Shown here: positions 25,453-32,000 of the stretch, piece after piece | Layout: the number at the start of each line of letters is the position of its first letter | Position numbering within the stretch: the stretch's first letter is position 1 | DNA from: Delftia acidovorans NBRC 14950 | GTDB taxonomy: Bacteria > Pseudomonadota > Gammaproteobacteria > Burkholderiales > Burkholderiaceae_C | Direction: 5' to 3' | DNA: 32,000 nucleotides | NCBI RefSeq assembly: GCF_001598795.1 | Contig: NZ_BCZP01000022.1 | Coordinates: 1-32,000, forward strand | Position numbers and translations under genes: made by a program | Notes under the pieces: generated by a model | Database searches by the model: none | What the model was told of the DNA's origin: nothing | Seen by the model: the letters and a program-made list of their open reading frames with translations, nothing else

Positions 25453-26129
25453 CACAGCACCCCCTTGGCGGCCAGCGTGCGCGCCACCCAGGAACGGTCG
25501 GCGCGGCCTGCGGCAATGGCGGCAAGCACGTCGGCCTCGTCGCGCTGTATGGCCTCCACGCGGTCGGCAATGGCTGCGGCCTCGGCGGCGGGCACGGCCA
25601 GCAGGCCGTCGCCGTCGCCCAGCACCAGGTCGCCCGGGTGGACCACCATGCCGTCGATGCTCACGGGCACATGCAGCTCGCCGGGGCCGTCCTTGTAGGG
25701 ACCACGGTGCGAGACGCCGCGCGCATACACGGGCAGGCCGTGCTGGCCGATGGTGTCGCTGTCGCGGATCAGCCCGTCGATGACGATGCCGGCCGCGCCG
25801 CGCGCCATCATCAGCGCCAGCATGATCTCGCCAATGATGGCGTTGGGCCCGGCGCCGCCCGCGTCCACCACGATCACGTCGGCGGGGCCGCAGATGTCGA
25901 TGGCCTGGTGCACCATCAGGTTGTCGCCGGGCCGCGTGCGCACGGTCAGCGCACGGCCCACCAGCGGCCCCTGGCGGCGATGGAAGGGCCGCAGCGCCGA
26001 GGTGCCCGTGGTGCGGCTCATGGCGTCGCTGACATTGGCGACCGGAAAGCCGCGGTAGCGCTGCAGCAGCGCATCGCCAAGGGCGGCCTCGGGCCGGGCG
26101 TGGATATGGAATCCGGGAATCTTGCTCAC
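25452..26129 (-). CDS. RraA-family protein / 4-hydroxy-4-methyl-2-oxoglutarate aldolase-like
   Basis: GTG start at 26129 with GGAGA RBS 7 nt upstream (VSKIPGFHIH...). VVDAGGAGPNAIIGEIMLALMMARGAAGIVIDGLIRD is typical of RraA/HMG-CHA aldolases. The longer track ORF would overlap the upstream gene. Confidence 0.75.
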   Translation of the reverse strand: MSKIPGFHIHARPEAALGDALLQRYRGFPVANVSDAMSRTTGTSALRPFHRRQGPLVGRALTVRTRPGDNLMVHQAIDICGPADVIVVDAGGAGPNAIIGEIMLALMMARGAAGIVIDGLIRDSDTIGQHGLPVYARGVSHRGPYKDGPGELHVPVSIDGMVVHPGDLVLGDGDGLLAVPAAEAAAIADRVEAIQRDEADVLAAIAAGRADRSWVARTLAAKGVL

Positions 26130-26132
26130 TGC

Positions 26133-26162
26133 TGTGTCTCCGTCTGTGTCTGTGTCTGTGTC
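26133..26162. repeat. Hexanucleotide microsatellite (TGTGTC)n, five units with one imperfect
   Basis: tgtgtc tccgtc tgtgtc tgtgtc tgtgtc in the 52-nt intergenic spacer. It overlaps the RBS of the RraA-like gene. Confidence 0.85.
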
Positions 26163-26181
26163 GATACCGTTGTCTTGCCGC

Positions 26182-27417
26182 TCAGAACGCATCCCAGGCC
26201 TGCGCGTGGCGCACGCAGTCCGGCGTGACCTGGTCCAGGCGCGTGGCGCCCAGCATGGCCATGTCGCGCAGCACCTCCTCGCGCAGCAGGGCCATGGCGT
26301 GGGCCACGCCCGCCGGCCCGGCCACTGAGGCCGCGTAGTTGAAGGGCCGGCCCACGAACACGCAGCGCGCGCCCAGGGCCAGGGCCTTGAGCACATCGGT
26401 GCCCCGGCGCACGCCGCTGTCCAGCATCACCGGCAGGCCGGGCACGGCGCGCACGATGCCGGGCAGCACGCGCAGCGGTGCCACGGCGCCGTCGAGCTGG
26501 CGCCCGCCGTGGTTGGAGACGATGAGGCCGTCGGCCCCGTGGTCGCGCGCCAGCACGGCGTCTGCGGCCGAAAGAATGCCCTTGACCACCAGTTGCCCCT
26601 GCCAGCGCTGGCGGATGGCAGCCAGATGCGGCCAGGCCAGGTGGGAGCGGTCCGAGAAATCACGCATCACGCTGGCCGACAGGATGGGCGCGCCCCGGTG
26701 CGCATAGTTGTTCTCGAAATGCGGCATGCCGTGGCGCCACAGGGTCTTGAGAAAGCTGCCGAACAGCCAGCGCGGGTGGCTGATGCCCTGCCAGGCCAGG
26801 CCCGGCCCGGGCCGCAGCGGCGTGGAGAAGCCGGCGCGCACATTGTTCTCGCGGTTGGCGGCCACGGGCGTGTCCACCGTGATCACCAGGGTCTGCACGC
26901 CGGCGGCGGCCACGCGGTCCAGCAGCGCATCGATCTGGCCCTGATCACCCGGCAGGTAGGCCTGGAACCAGGTGTGGGGCGCGGCCGCCATCACATCCTC
27001 CAGCCGGATCAGCGAGGAGCCGCTCATGATGGCCGGCACGCGCGCCTGCTGTGCGGCCTGGGCCAGCACCAGATCGCCCCGGTAGGCCGACAGCGCGGCA
27101 ATGCCCATGGGCGCCACGCCGAACGGCGCGCCGTAGCGGCGCCCGAACAGCTCGAAGGAGGGGTCGCGCTGTGCCACGCCCACCAGCGCGCGCGGCACGA
27201 AGGCCAGCTCGGCAAAGGCGCGGCGGTTGTCCGCCAGCGAGGCGTTGTCCTCCACCGCCCCGCTGATGTAGGCATGGATGGGGCGCGGCAGGTGCCGCCG
27301 CGCCAGCCGCTCGAAATCATCGAGAGACAGCACCTGGCGCAGGCGGCGCGGCGGCCGGGCAGAGGCTGGTGCAGCGGCTGCAGGAGCTGTGGTGGAGGGG
27401 ACGTTGTTGGCAGGCAT
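26182..27417 (-). CDS. FMN-dependent alpha-hydroxy acid dehydrogenase/oxidase (LldD/mandelate dehydrogenase family)
   Basis: Start ATG 27417 (MPANNVPST...). Family motif LIVSNHGGRQLDGAVAP, and the C-terminal DSGVRRGTDVLKALALGA. Confidence 0.9.
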   Translation of the reverse strand: MPANNVPSTTAPAAAAPASARPPRRLRQVLSLDDFERLARRHLPRPIHAYISGAVEDNASLADNRRAFAELAFVPRALVGVAQRDPSFELFGRRYGAPFGVAPMGIAALSAYRGDLVLAQAAQQARVPAIMSGSSLIRLEDVMAAAPHTWFQAYLPGDQGQIDALLDRVAAAGVQTLVITVDTPVAANRENNVRAGFSTPLRPGPGLAWQGISHPRWLFGSFLKTLWRHGMPHFENNYAHRGAPILSASVMRDFSDRSHLAWPHLAAIRQRWQGQLVVKGILSAADAVLARDHGADGLIVSNHGGRQLDGAVAPLRVLPGIVRAVPGLPVMLDSGVRRGTDVLKALALGARCVFVGRPFNYAASVAGPAGVAHAMALLREEVLRDMAMLGATRLDQVTPDCVRHAQAWDAF

Positions 27418-27500
27418 TGCCGGCCAATGTAGAAGGGCCAACCTGCAAAGAAAAGCGAAATAAATAGGAATCGATATTTCGATTTTGGAAGAATGTCGCC

Positions 27501-28421
27501 ATGACCCTCAAACAGCTCGAAGCCTTCTACTGGGCCGCCACCTGCCTGAACTTCAGCGTGGCCGCCGACCGCGTGCACCTGTCGGTCTCATCGCTGTCCA
27601 AGCGCATTGCGGAGCTGGAGGCTTCGCTGGGCGTGCAGCTGTTCGACCGCAGCGGCCGCGCCGCCGAACTCACGCCCCAGGGCGAGCAGCTGCTGCCGCG
27701 CATCCGCGAGCTGCTGCACGGCGCCGCCCAGCTGCGCGAGGCGGCGGGCCGCAGCGTGGGCCTGCAGGGCCGCTGCCGCATCGGCTTTGGCGAACTCAGC
27801 GGCCTGACCTGGCTGCCCCGGCTGGTGCAGCGGGTGGCCGAGCTGCACCCCGACCTGCAGCTGGAGCCCCACACCGACATCGGCCAGGTGCTGGAGCAGC
27901 GCATCGTCGATGGCGAGCTGGACTGCGTGGTCATCGCCGGGCCATCGTCGCGCAGCAGCCTGGCCTTCGAGCAGGTCGCCCAGGTGCGCTTTGTCTGGGC
28001 CGCCAGCGACGACTTCATCGCCCGCGCCGGCACCGGCCTGCCCCGGCGCCTGGTGCGCGAGCAACTGCTGATCGCCCTGCCCACCGGCTCGGGCGCCACG
28101 CGCACGCTGGACGACTGGCTGGGCCGCCACGGCCTGGCCGTGGAGCGGCGCCTTTCCTGCAACAGCTGGGGCGCCGTGGTGGGCATGGTGGTGGACGGCC
28201 TGGGCTTCACCTACATGCCCGAGCAATGGGCCCTGGCCCTGCAGGAACGCGGCCGCCTGCGCGTGCTGGACGGCAGCGCCGAGGCCGCAAAGCACAGCGC
28301 GCTGGCCCCGCTGACCTACACCGTGCAATGGCGCCGCGACGATGCCCGGCCGCTGATCACGGAAATACGCGAGATCATCCGCAGCGTGATCGATTTCCCG
28401 GCGCCGCGCTGTTTGAGTTGA
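27501..28421 (+). CDS. LysR-family transcriptional regulator, divergent from the hydroxy-acid operon
   Basis: N-terminal HTH MTLKQLEAFYWAATCLNFSVAADRVHLSVSSLSKRIAELEASLGVQLFDR, plus a LysR substrate-binding domain. Confidence 0.9.
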   Translation: MTLKQLEAFYWAATCLNFSVAADRVHLSVSSLSKRIAELEASLGVQLFDRSGRAAELTPQGEQLLPRIRELLHGAAQLREAAGRSVGLQGRCRIGFGELSGLTWLPRLVQRVAELHPDLQLEPHTDIGQVLEQRIVDGELDCVVIAGPSSRSSLAFEQVAQVRFVWAASDDFIARAGTGLPRRLVREQLLIALPTGSGATRTLDDWLGRHGLAVERRLSCNSWGAVVGMVVDGLGFTYMPEQWALALQERGRLRVLDGSAEAAKHSALAPLTYTVQWRRDDARPLITEIREIIRSVIDFPAPRCLS

Positions 28422-28713
28422 ATATCACTGATTTCAGGGATATTCAAAATAGCAATCCTGTAGTATTTGAATGAACAATCAATATCAACAATAAACACTC
28501 ATCAATACATTGATAAGACATTATCAATTTCAAATATCAATCGATTCAGATCTTTCCCTATGGGAGCACTCATCTTTCGCATGGATTTCTTGGCATACTG
28601 AAAATCCTTTCTCAAAGAAATTTGACAATCCTTTGCAAAAACTGCCTATGATTTAACAACTCTTTTCAATTATTCACGACTGGAACTCCTGCGTTTCCAG
28701 TCGATTTCCATTC
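28422..28713. promoter_or_regulatory. AT-rich (~one-third GC by eye) intergenic control region with clustered ATCAAT hexamers and several inverted repeats
   Basis: ATCAAT at 28478, 28501, 28523 and 28536, and ATTGAT at 28509 (giving ATCAAT-ac-ATTGAT at 28501-28514). AATCGATT palindrome at 28539-28546. Inverted repeat GAATATC/GATATTC at 28420-28445. Perfect 8-bp inverted repeat gactggaa-N9-ttccagtc at 28678-28702, just before the ATG. Confidence 0.6.
28622..28652 (+). promoter_or_regulatory. Candidate sigma70-type promoter for the tail-collar locus
   Basis: TTGACA (28622-28627) and TATGAT (28647-28652). The 19-nt spacer is longer than optimal, so this is tentative. Confidence 0.3.
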
Positions 28714-29556
28714 ATGAGCACTGCGCCTGCAAATACCAGTCTCCGCAGCCCTCACCCCGAATCCTGCGGTGCGCTGGCGCTTCAACCCATTGGCTCCGGC
28801 GACGAAGCCGCTCTCCTGGCCATCTTCGCCTCCACACGCGAGCAGGAGCGCGAACAATTCGGCTGGCCCGAGGAGCAATGGAATGCCTTCATTCGCCAGC
28901 AGTTCATGGCGCAGCACACCCAGTATTCGACGGCCTACGCCAACCCCAGTTTCGATCTGGTGCTGCGCGATGGCGAGATAGCGGGCCGGCTGTATGTGGA
29001 CCGCAGCCCGCAGGAAATCCGCGTGGTGGATATCGCCCTGCTTCCCAGGCACCGTCGCCAGGGCGTGGGGCGGCAGTTGCTGCAGGCTTTGACGGATGAG
29101 TCAGATGCCCTGGGCATTGACCTGGGCCTGCATGTGGAGAAGAACAACCCCATCCTCGGCCACTACCAGCGCCTGGGCTTTGTCACCGAGGCCGATCGCG
29201 GCGTGTACTGGTATATGCGCCGCGCGCCGCAGCCTGCGCGCAGGCCCTGCCTTGAGGATTTCACCGGCCTGGTCGGCACCGATTTCGCGTTGCAGCTGTA
29301 CGGTGCCGGGTCCGTGGCCCTGCGACTGGAAGAGGCCAAGGTCGGCCAGGGACTGCATACCTCGCACTGCTCGCTGCACTTCAGCGGACCCGACATAGCC
29401 CGCCCGGCCCATGACACCTATCTGCTTTCCCACGAGCGCCTGGGACGCTTTGCACTGTTCATGGGGCCCGTCATGGGCACAGAGCGGGGGCAGACCAGCT
29501 ACCAGGCACTCATCACCCGCATGAACCCATCGATCAAGGAGGAGGGCACGCTATGA
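28714..29556 (+). CDS. GNAT N-acetyltransferase fused to a ~100-aa C-terminal domain of unknown function
   Basis: GNAT motif A VVDIALLPRHRRQGVGRQLLQAL...HYQRLGF. C-terminal part LEDFTGLVGTDFALQLYGAGSVALRLEEAKV...CSLHFSGP...DTYLLSHERLGRFALFMGPV has no family I can name. Its stop overlaps the next ATG (ATGA at 29553-29556). Confidence 0.8.
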   Translation: MSTAPANTSLRSPHPESCGALALQPIGSGDEAALLAIFASTREQEREQFGWPEEQWNAFIRQQFMAQHTQYSTAYANPSFDLVLRDGEIAGRLYVDRSPQEIRVVDIALLPRHRRQGVGRQLLQALTDESDALGIDLGLHVEKNNPILGHYQRLGFVTEADRGVYWYMRRAPQPARRPCLEDFTGLVGTDFALQLYGAGSVALRLEEAKVGQGLHTSHCSLHFSGPDIARPAHDTYLLSHERLGRFALFMGPVMGTERGQTSYQALITRMNPSIKEEGTL

Positions 29557-30074
29557 GCGAGGCATTCATTGGAGAAATCCGTCTTTTCGCGGGCAACTAC
29601 GCGCCCGAGGGCTGGGCACCGTGTGACGGCCGGCTGCTGAGCATCAACGACAACTCCGCCCTGTTCACCCTGCTGGGCACGACCTACGGCGGAAATGGTG
29701 TCACCCAGTTCGCACTGCCCGACCTGCGGGGCCGACTGCCCATAGGCCAAGGCCAGACCCTGGGCGGAACCAACCGCATTCTGGGTCAGCAGATCGGCAC
29801 CGAAAACGTCACGCTGAACGTCAACCAGATACCCCAACACAGCCACGCATTCTCCGCCGCGGCTGCGGCCAGCACCGGCAAGCCGTCGGGACAGGTCCCG
29901 GCGGCGGTCACGGGGTTCAACCTGTATGCGCCGGCCCCCGCCACCCCCACCGCCAAGCTGGCCCCCGCCAGCGTGTCATTCGAGGGCGGCGGACAGTCGC
30001 ACAACAACGTCATGCCCAGCCTGGTGCTGAGCTACATCATCAGCCTCTACGGCATCTTCCCCAGCACCTCCTAA
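29553..30074 (+). CDS. Phage-tail-collar-domain protein (MdpB-like), paralog 1
   Basis: FIGEIRLFAGNYAPEGWAPCDGRLLSINDNSALFTLLGTTYGGNGVTQFALPDLRGR...QIPQHSH...GGGQSHNNVMPSLVLSYIISLYGIFP. Strong AAGGAGGA RBS. Confidence 0.9.
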   Translation: MSEAFIGEIRLFAGNYAPEGWAPCDGRLLSINDNSALFTLLGTTYGGNGVTQFALPDLRGRLPIGQGQTLGGTNRILGQQIGTENVTLNVNQIPQHSHAFSAAAAASTGKPSGQVPAAVTGFNLYAPAPATPTAKLAPASVSFEGGGQSHNNVMPSLVLSYIISLYGIFPSTS

Positions 30075-30093
30075 CGCTGGACAGGAGCATCAC

Positions 30094-30594
30094 ATGGACC
30101 CCTTCCTCGGAGAAATCCGTGCTTTCGGCTTCGGCCTGATCCCCAAAAACTGGCTGCCGTGCGACGGACGCCTAATGCCTGTCAGCACGAACCAGGCACT
30201 GTTCGCCCTGCTGAGCGTCAGATATGGCGGCAACGGCACAACGACCTTCGGCCTGCCCGATCTGCGTGGCCGTGTACCCCTGGGATTCAGCGCAAACGAC
30301 CAGCTCGGCCTGCTCAACGGCACGGAAACCGTCACGCTGTCGGTCAACCAGATCCCCCAGCACACTCATTCGGTGTCTTGCAGCAGCACGGTAGCCACTA
30401 CCAGCGATCCCACCAATGCCGTGATGGCAGAGGCCGCTGGCGGCCTGGGCGCCTATGGCGTGCCCAACGGCTCCTTCCTGGCCCCAACTGCCGTGGCCCT
30501 CGGCGGAGGCAGCCAGCCCCATCCGAACATGCAGCCCTCGCTGGTCGTGAACTGGTGCATCGCCATCAGCGGCATTTTCCCGGCGCGTAACTGA
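30094..30594 (+). CDS. Phage-tail-collar-domain protein (MdpB-like), paralog 2
   Basis: FLGEIRAFGFGLIPKNWLPCDGRLMPVSTNQALFALLSVRYGGNGTTTFGLPDLRGR...QIPQHTH...GGSQPHPNMQPSLVVNWCIAISGIFP. AGGAG RBS. Confidence 0.9.
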   Translation: MDPFLGEIRAFGFGLIPKNWLPCDGRLMPVSTNQALFALLSVRYGGNGTTTFGLPDLRGRVPLGFSANDQLGLLNGTETVTLSVNQIPQHTHSVSCSSTVATTSDPTNAVMAEAAGGLGAYGVPNGSFLAPTAVALGGGSQPHPNMQPSLVVNWCIAISGIFPARN

Positions 30595-30617
30595 AGACCT
30601 TCCAAGGAAACATCGAC

Positions 30618-31160
30618 ATGGCAGATCCTTTCACCGGTGAGATCCGTGCATTCGGCTTCAACTACGCTCCGGTCAACTGGGCCTTTTGTTGGGGCCAGAG
30701 CATCCCGATCCAACAGAACTCCACGCTGTATTCCATCATCGGCGTCCAGTTCGGCGGAAACGGAACCACTGACTTCCTCCTGCCCGATCTGAGGAGCAGG
30801 GTGGCCATGGGCAACGGCACGGGTCCCGGCCTGTCACCGTTCGTGGTCGGGGAGGCCGTGGGCAGTCCCACAGAGACGCTGCTTCTGACTCAGTTGCCTG
30901 CGCACAACCACGGAATCAACGTACAGGGCGCAGACGCCTCCGTGGCCGTGCCCGGCGACAACGTGCTGGCGAAGGGCGGCCAGGGCGTGCCTCCACGGAC
31001 CAGCGCCAAGCCGACCTACACCGTGGTCGCGCCAGATTCCACCCTGGCATCGACGGCCCTTTTTCCGACCGGCAGCAATCAGTCCCACAGCAATCTCCAG
31101 CCCTACCAGGCGCTGAATTTCTGCATCTGCCTCTACGGCGATTTTCCTATCCGTCCCTGA
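30618..31160 (+). CDS. Phage-tail-collar-domain protein (MdpB-like), paralog 3 (most divergent)
   Basis: FTGEIRAFGFNYAPVNWAFCWGQSIPIQQNSTLYSIIGVQFGGNGTTDFLLPDLRSR...QLPAHNH...GSNQSHSNLQPYQALNFCICLYGDFP. AAGGAA RBS. Confidence 0.9.
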   Translation: MADPFTGEIRAFGFNYAPVNWAFCWGQSIPIQQNSTLYSIIGVQFGGNGTTDFLLPDLRSRVAMGNGTGPGLSPFVVGEAVGSPTETLLLTQLPAHNHGINVQGADASVAVPGDNVLAKGGQGVPPRTSAKPTYTVVAPDSTLASTALFPTGSNQSHSNLQPYQALNFCICLYGDFPIRP

Positions 31161-31190
31161 TCACGAGCGCTGCACCGCAGTCCCATCGCC

Positions 31191-32000
31191 ATGGCAACCA
31201 ACCACTTCTTCCCGCCCCCCTCCACCTTCCGTTTTCTGAGGCTGTGGTTTGCCTGGCTCATGGGACTGCTGTTTTCTCTGGTACTGCCCGCGCAGGCGGC
31301 AGTCACCCCTGGAACGCTGGACTTCGGCAACAACCACACTCGCTATGCCAACGTTGCCACGCCCTACAACGAGCTGAACTTCAGCGGGCAGTGGGTCTAC
31401 TTCACCGAGGCAGACCTGCAGGCCACACAGAACGGCATCAACAGCAACGGTGATGCCATTACCTCGGACGCCCTCACTGGTAGCGCCGTCATCAAGCCGG
31501 TCAACGCCGGCGACCGGTTCAGCCTGGTCAGCGCCCGCATCTTCGCGTACGGTCAGATCAGCCAGTTCACATTGACCGGCTATGTCAACGGCAATCCTGT
31601 AGCAGGGGCAACGACGACGTTCCTCCGAAGCTCAGCAATGCAAACGAGCTTCGTCGAGGTCGATCTCAGCGCCCTGGCCAATGTGGACGAGGTGAGGATA
31701 TCCAACACCAATACCGGCGGCACCGAAGGCAGCGCCTTCGCGCTGGATGACCTCGTGGTGCTGGCCGGCGCCACGCCGACGCCCACGGTGACGTCCATTT
31801 CGCCCACCGCCGGCCCTGTCGGGGGCGGCGCCAGCGTGACCATCACCGGCACCGACCTGTCAGGAGCCACGGCCGTGCGCTTCGGTGCCACAACCGCCAG
31901 CTACATCGTCAACAGCAACACCCAGATCACCGCAACCGCCCCCGCAGGCAGTGCCGGCACGGTCGATGTGACCGTCTCCACGGCAGGAGGCACCAGCGCC
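31191..32000 (+). CDS. Secreted protein with N-terminal beta-sandwich-like domain and IPT/TIG repeat(s); partial, continues beyond the window
   Basis: Not in the ORF track because there is no stop before the window end. My translation from ATG 31191: MATNHFFPPPSTFRFLRLWFAWLMGLLFSLVLPAQA|AVTPGTLDFGNN...FALDDLVVLAGATPTPTVTSISPTAGPVGGGASVTITGTDLSGATAVRFGATTASYIVNSNTQITATAPAGSAGTVDVTVSTAGGTSA. The last ~80 aa is a classic IPT/TIG pattern. Open for all 270 codons. Confidence 0.7.
   Translation, partial: MATNHFFPPPSTFRFLRLWFAWLMGLLFSLVLPAQAAVTPGTLDFGNNHTRYANVATPYNELNFSGQWVYFTEADLQATQNGINSNGDAITSDALTGSAVIKPVNAGDRFSLVSARIFAYGQISQFTLTGYVNGNPVAGATTTFLRSSAMQTSFVEVDLSALANVDEVRISNTNTGGTEGSAFALDDLVVLAGATPTPTVTSISPTAGPVGGGASVTITGTDLSGATAVRFGATTASYIVNSNTQITATAPAGSAGTVDVTVSTAGGTSA

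Noticed and set aside
26133-26162. Short tandem repeats (here and at 22235-22267) as CRISPR arrays
   Set aside because: The units are 6 and 11 bp, directly tandem with no spacers, which is far from CRISPR repeat-spacer geometry. No cas genes are present.
25452-26396. Full 314-aa version of the RraA-like ORF
   Set aside because: The N-terminal ~89 aa would overlap the 3' end of the LldD-like gene out of frame and read through the hexanucleotide repeat (DTDTDTD). A GTG at 26129 with a GGAGA RBS gives a normal-length RraA-family protein.
29553-31160. Tail-collar triplet as part of a prophage or tailocin
   Set aside because: No sheath, tube, baseplate, tape-measure, capsid, terminase, integrase or lysis genes occur in the ~7 kb upstream or in the visible 0.8 kb downstream. 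This cannot be fully excluded because the window ends at 32000.

Overview
High-GC (roughly 65-68% by eye) chromosomal window, probably from a betaproteobacterium of the Burkholderiales/Comamonadaceae type; three Bug/TctC-family binding-protein genes support this. All functional calls rest on motifs read from the supplied translations, with no database search. Most of the window is ordinary metabolic and regulatory content: Bug binding proteins, an SDR/tautomerase/GNAT cluster with a divergent HxlR regulator, AraC, DJ-1/PfpI, an EamA exporter, fasciclin, a Tat-exported ferritin-like lipoprotein, MntH, and a LysR-controlled hydroxy-acid catabolic operon. Three regions stand out. (1) 16352-20953 is a tightly packed same-strand operon: rhodanese, serine O-acetyltransferase, XRE regulator, a 310-aa Family 2A (SrpI-type) encapsulin shell protein, and a SufS-like cysteine desulfurase. 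The desulfurase carries a ~227-aa disordered Pro/Ala/Gly-rich N-terminal extension containing an ALARMANALFS motif. I read this as a sulfur-metabolism nanocompartment. (2) 28422-32000 is a lower-GC accessory locus behind a ~290-bp AT-rich region. It encodes a GNAT fused to an unknown domain, three tandem paralogous phage-tail-collar-domain (MdpB-like) proteins with no other phage genes in view, and a secreted IPT/TIG protein that runs off the window. Its function is uncharacterised. (3) 21239-22243 is a low-GC orphan chaperone-usher-type two-domain fimbrial adhesin gene with no usher or chaperone in the window. Other observations: a cupin plus 4x rhodanese protein, a 1005-aa secreted repeat protein, a decayed tautomerase paralog, a nested inverted-repeat element plus a perfect 32-bp palindrome at the left edge, and several short tandem repeats. 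Many long ORFs in the track are antisense or out-of-frame shadows typical of high-GC DNA and were rejected.
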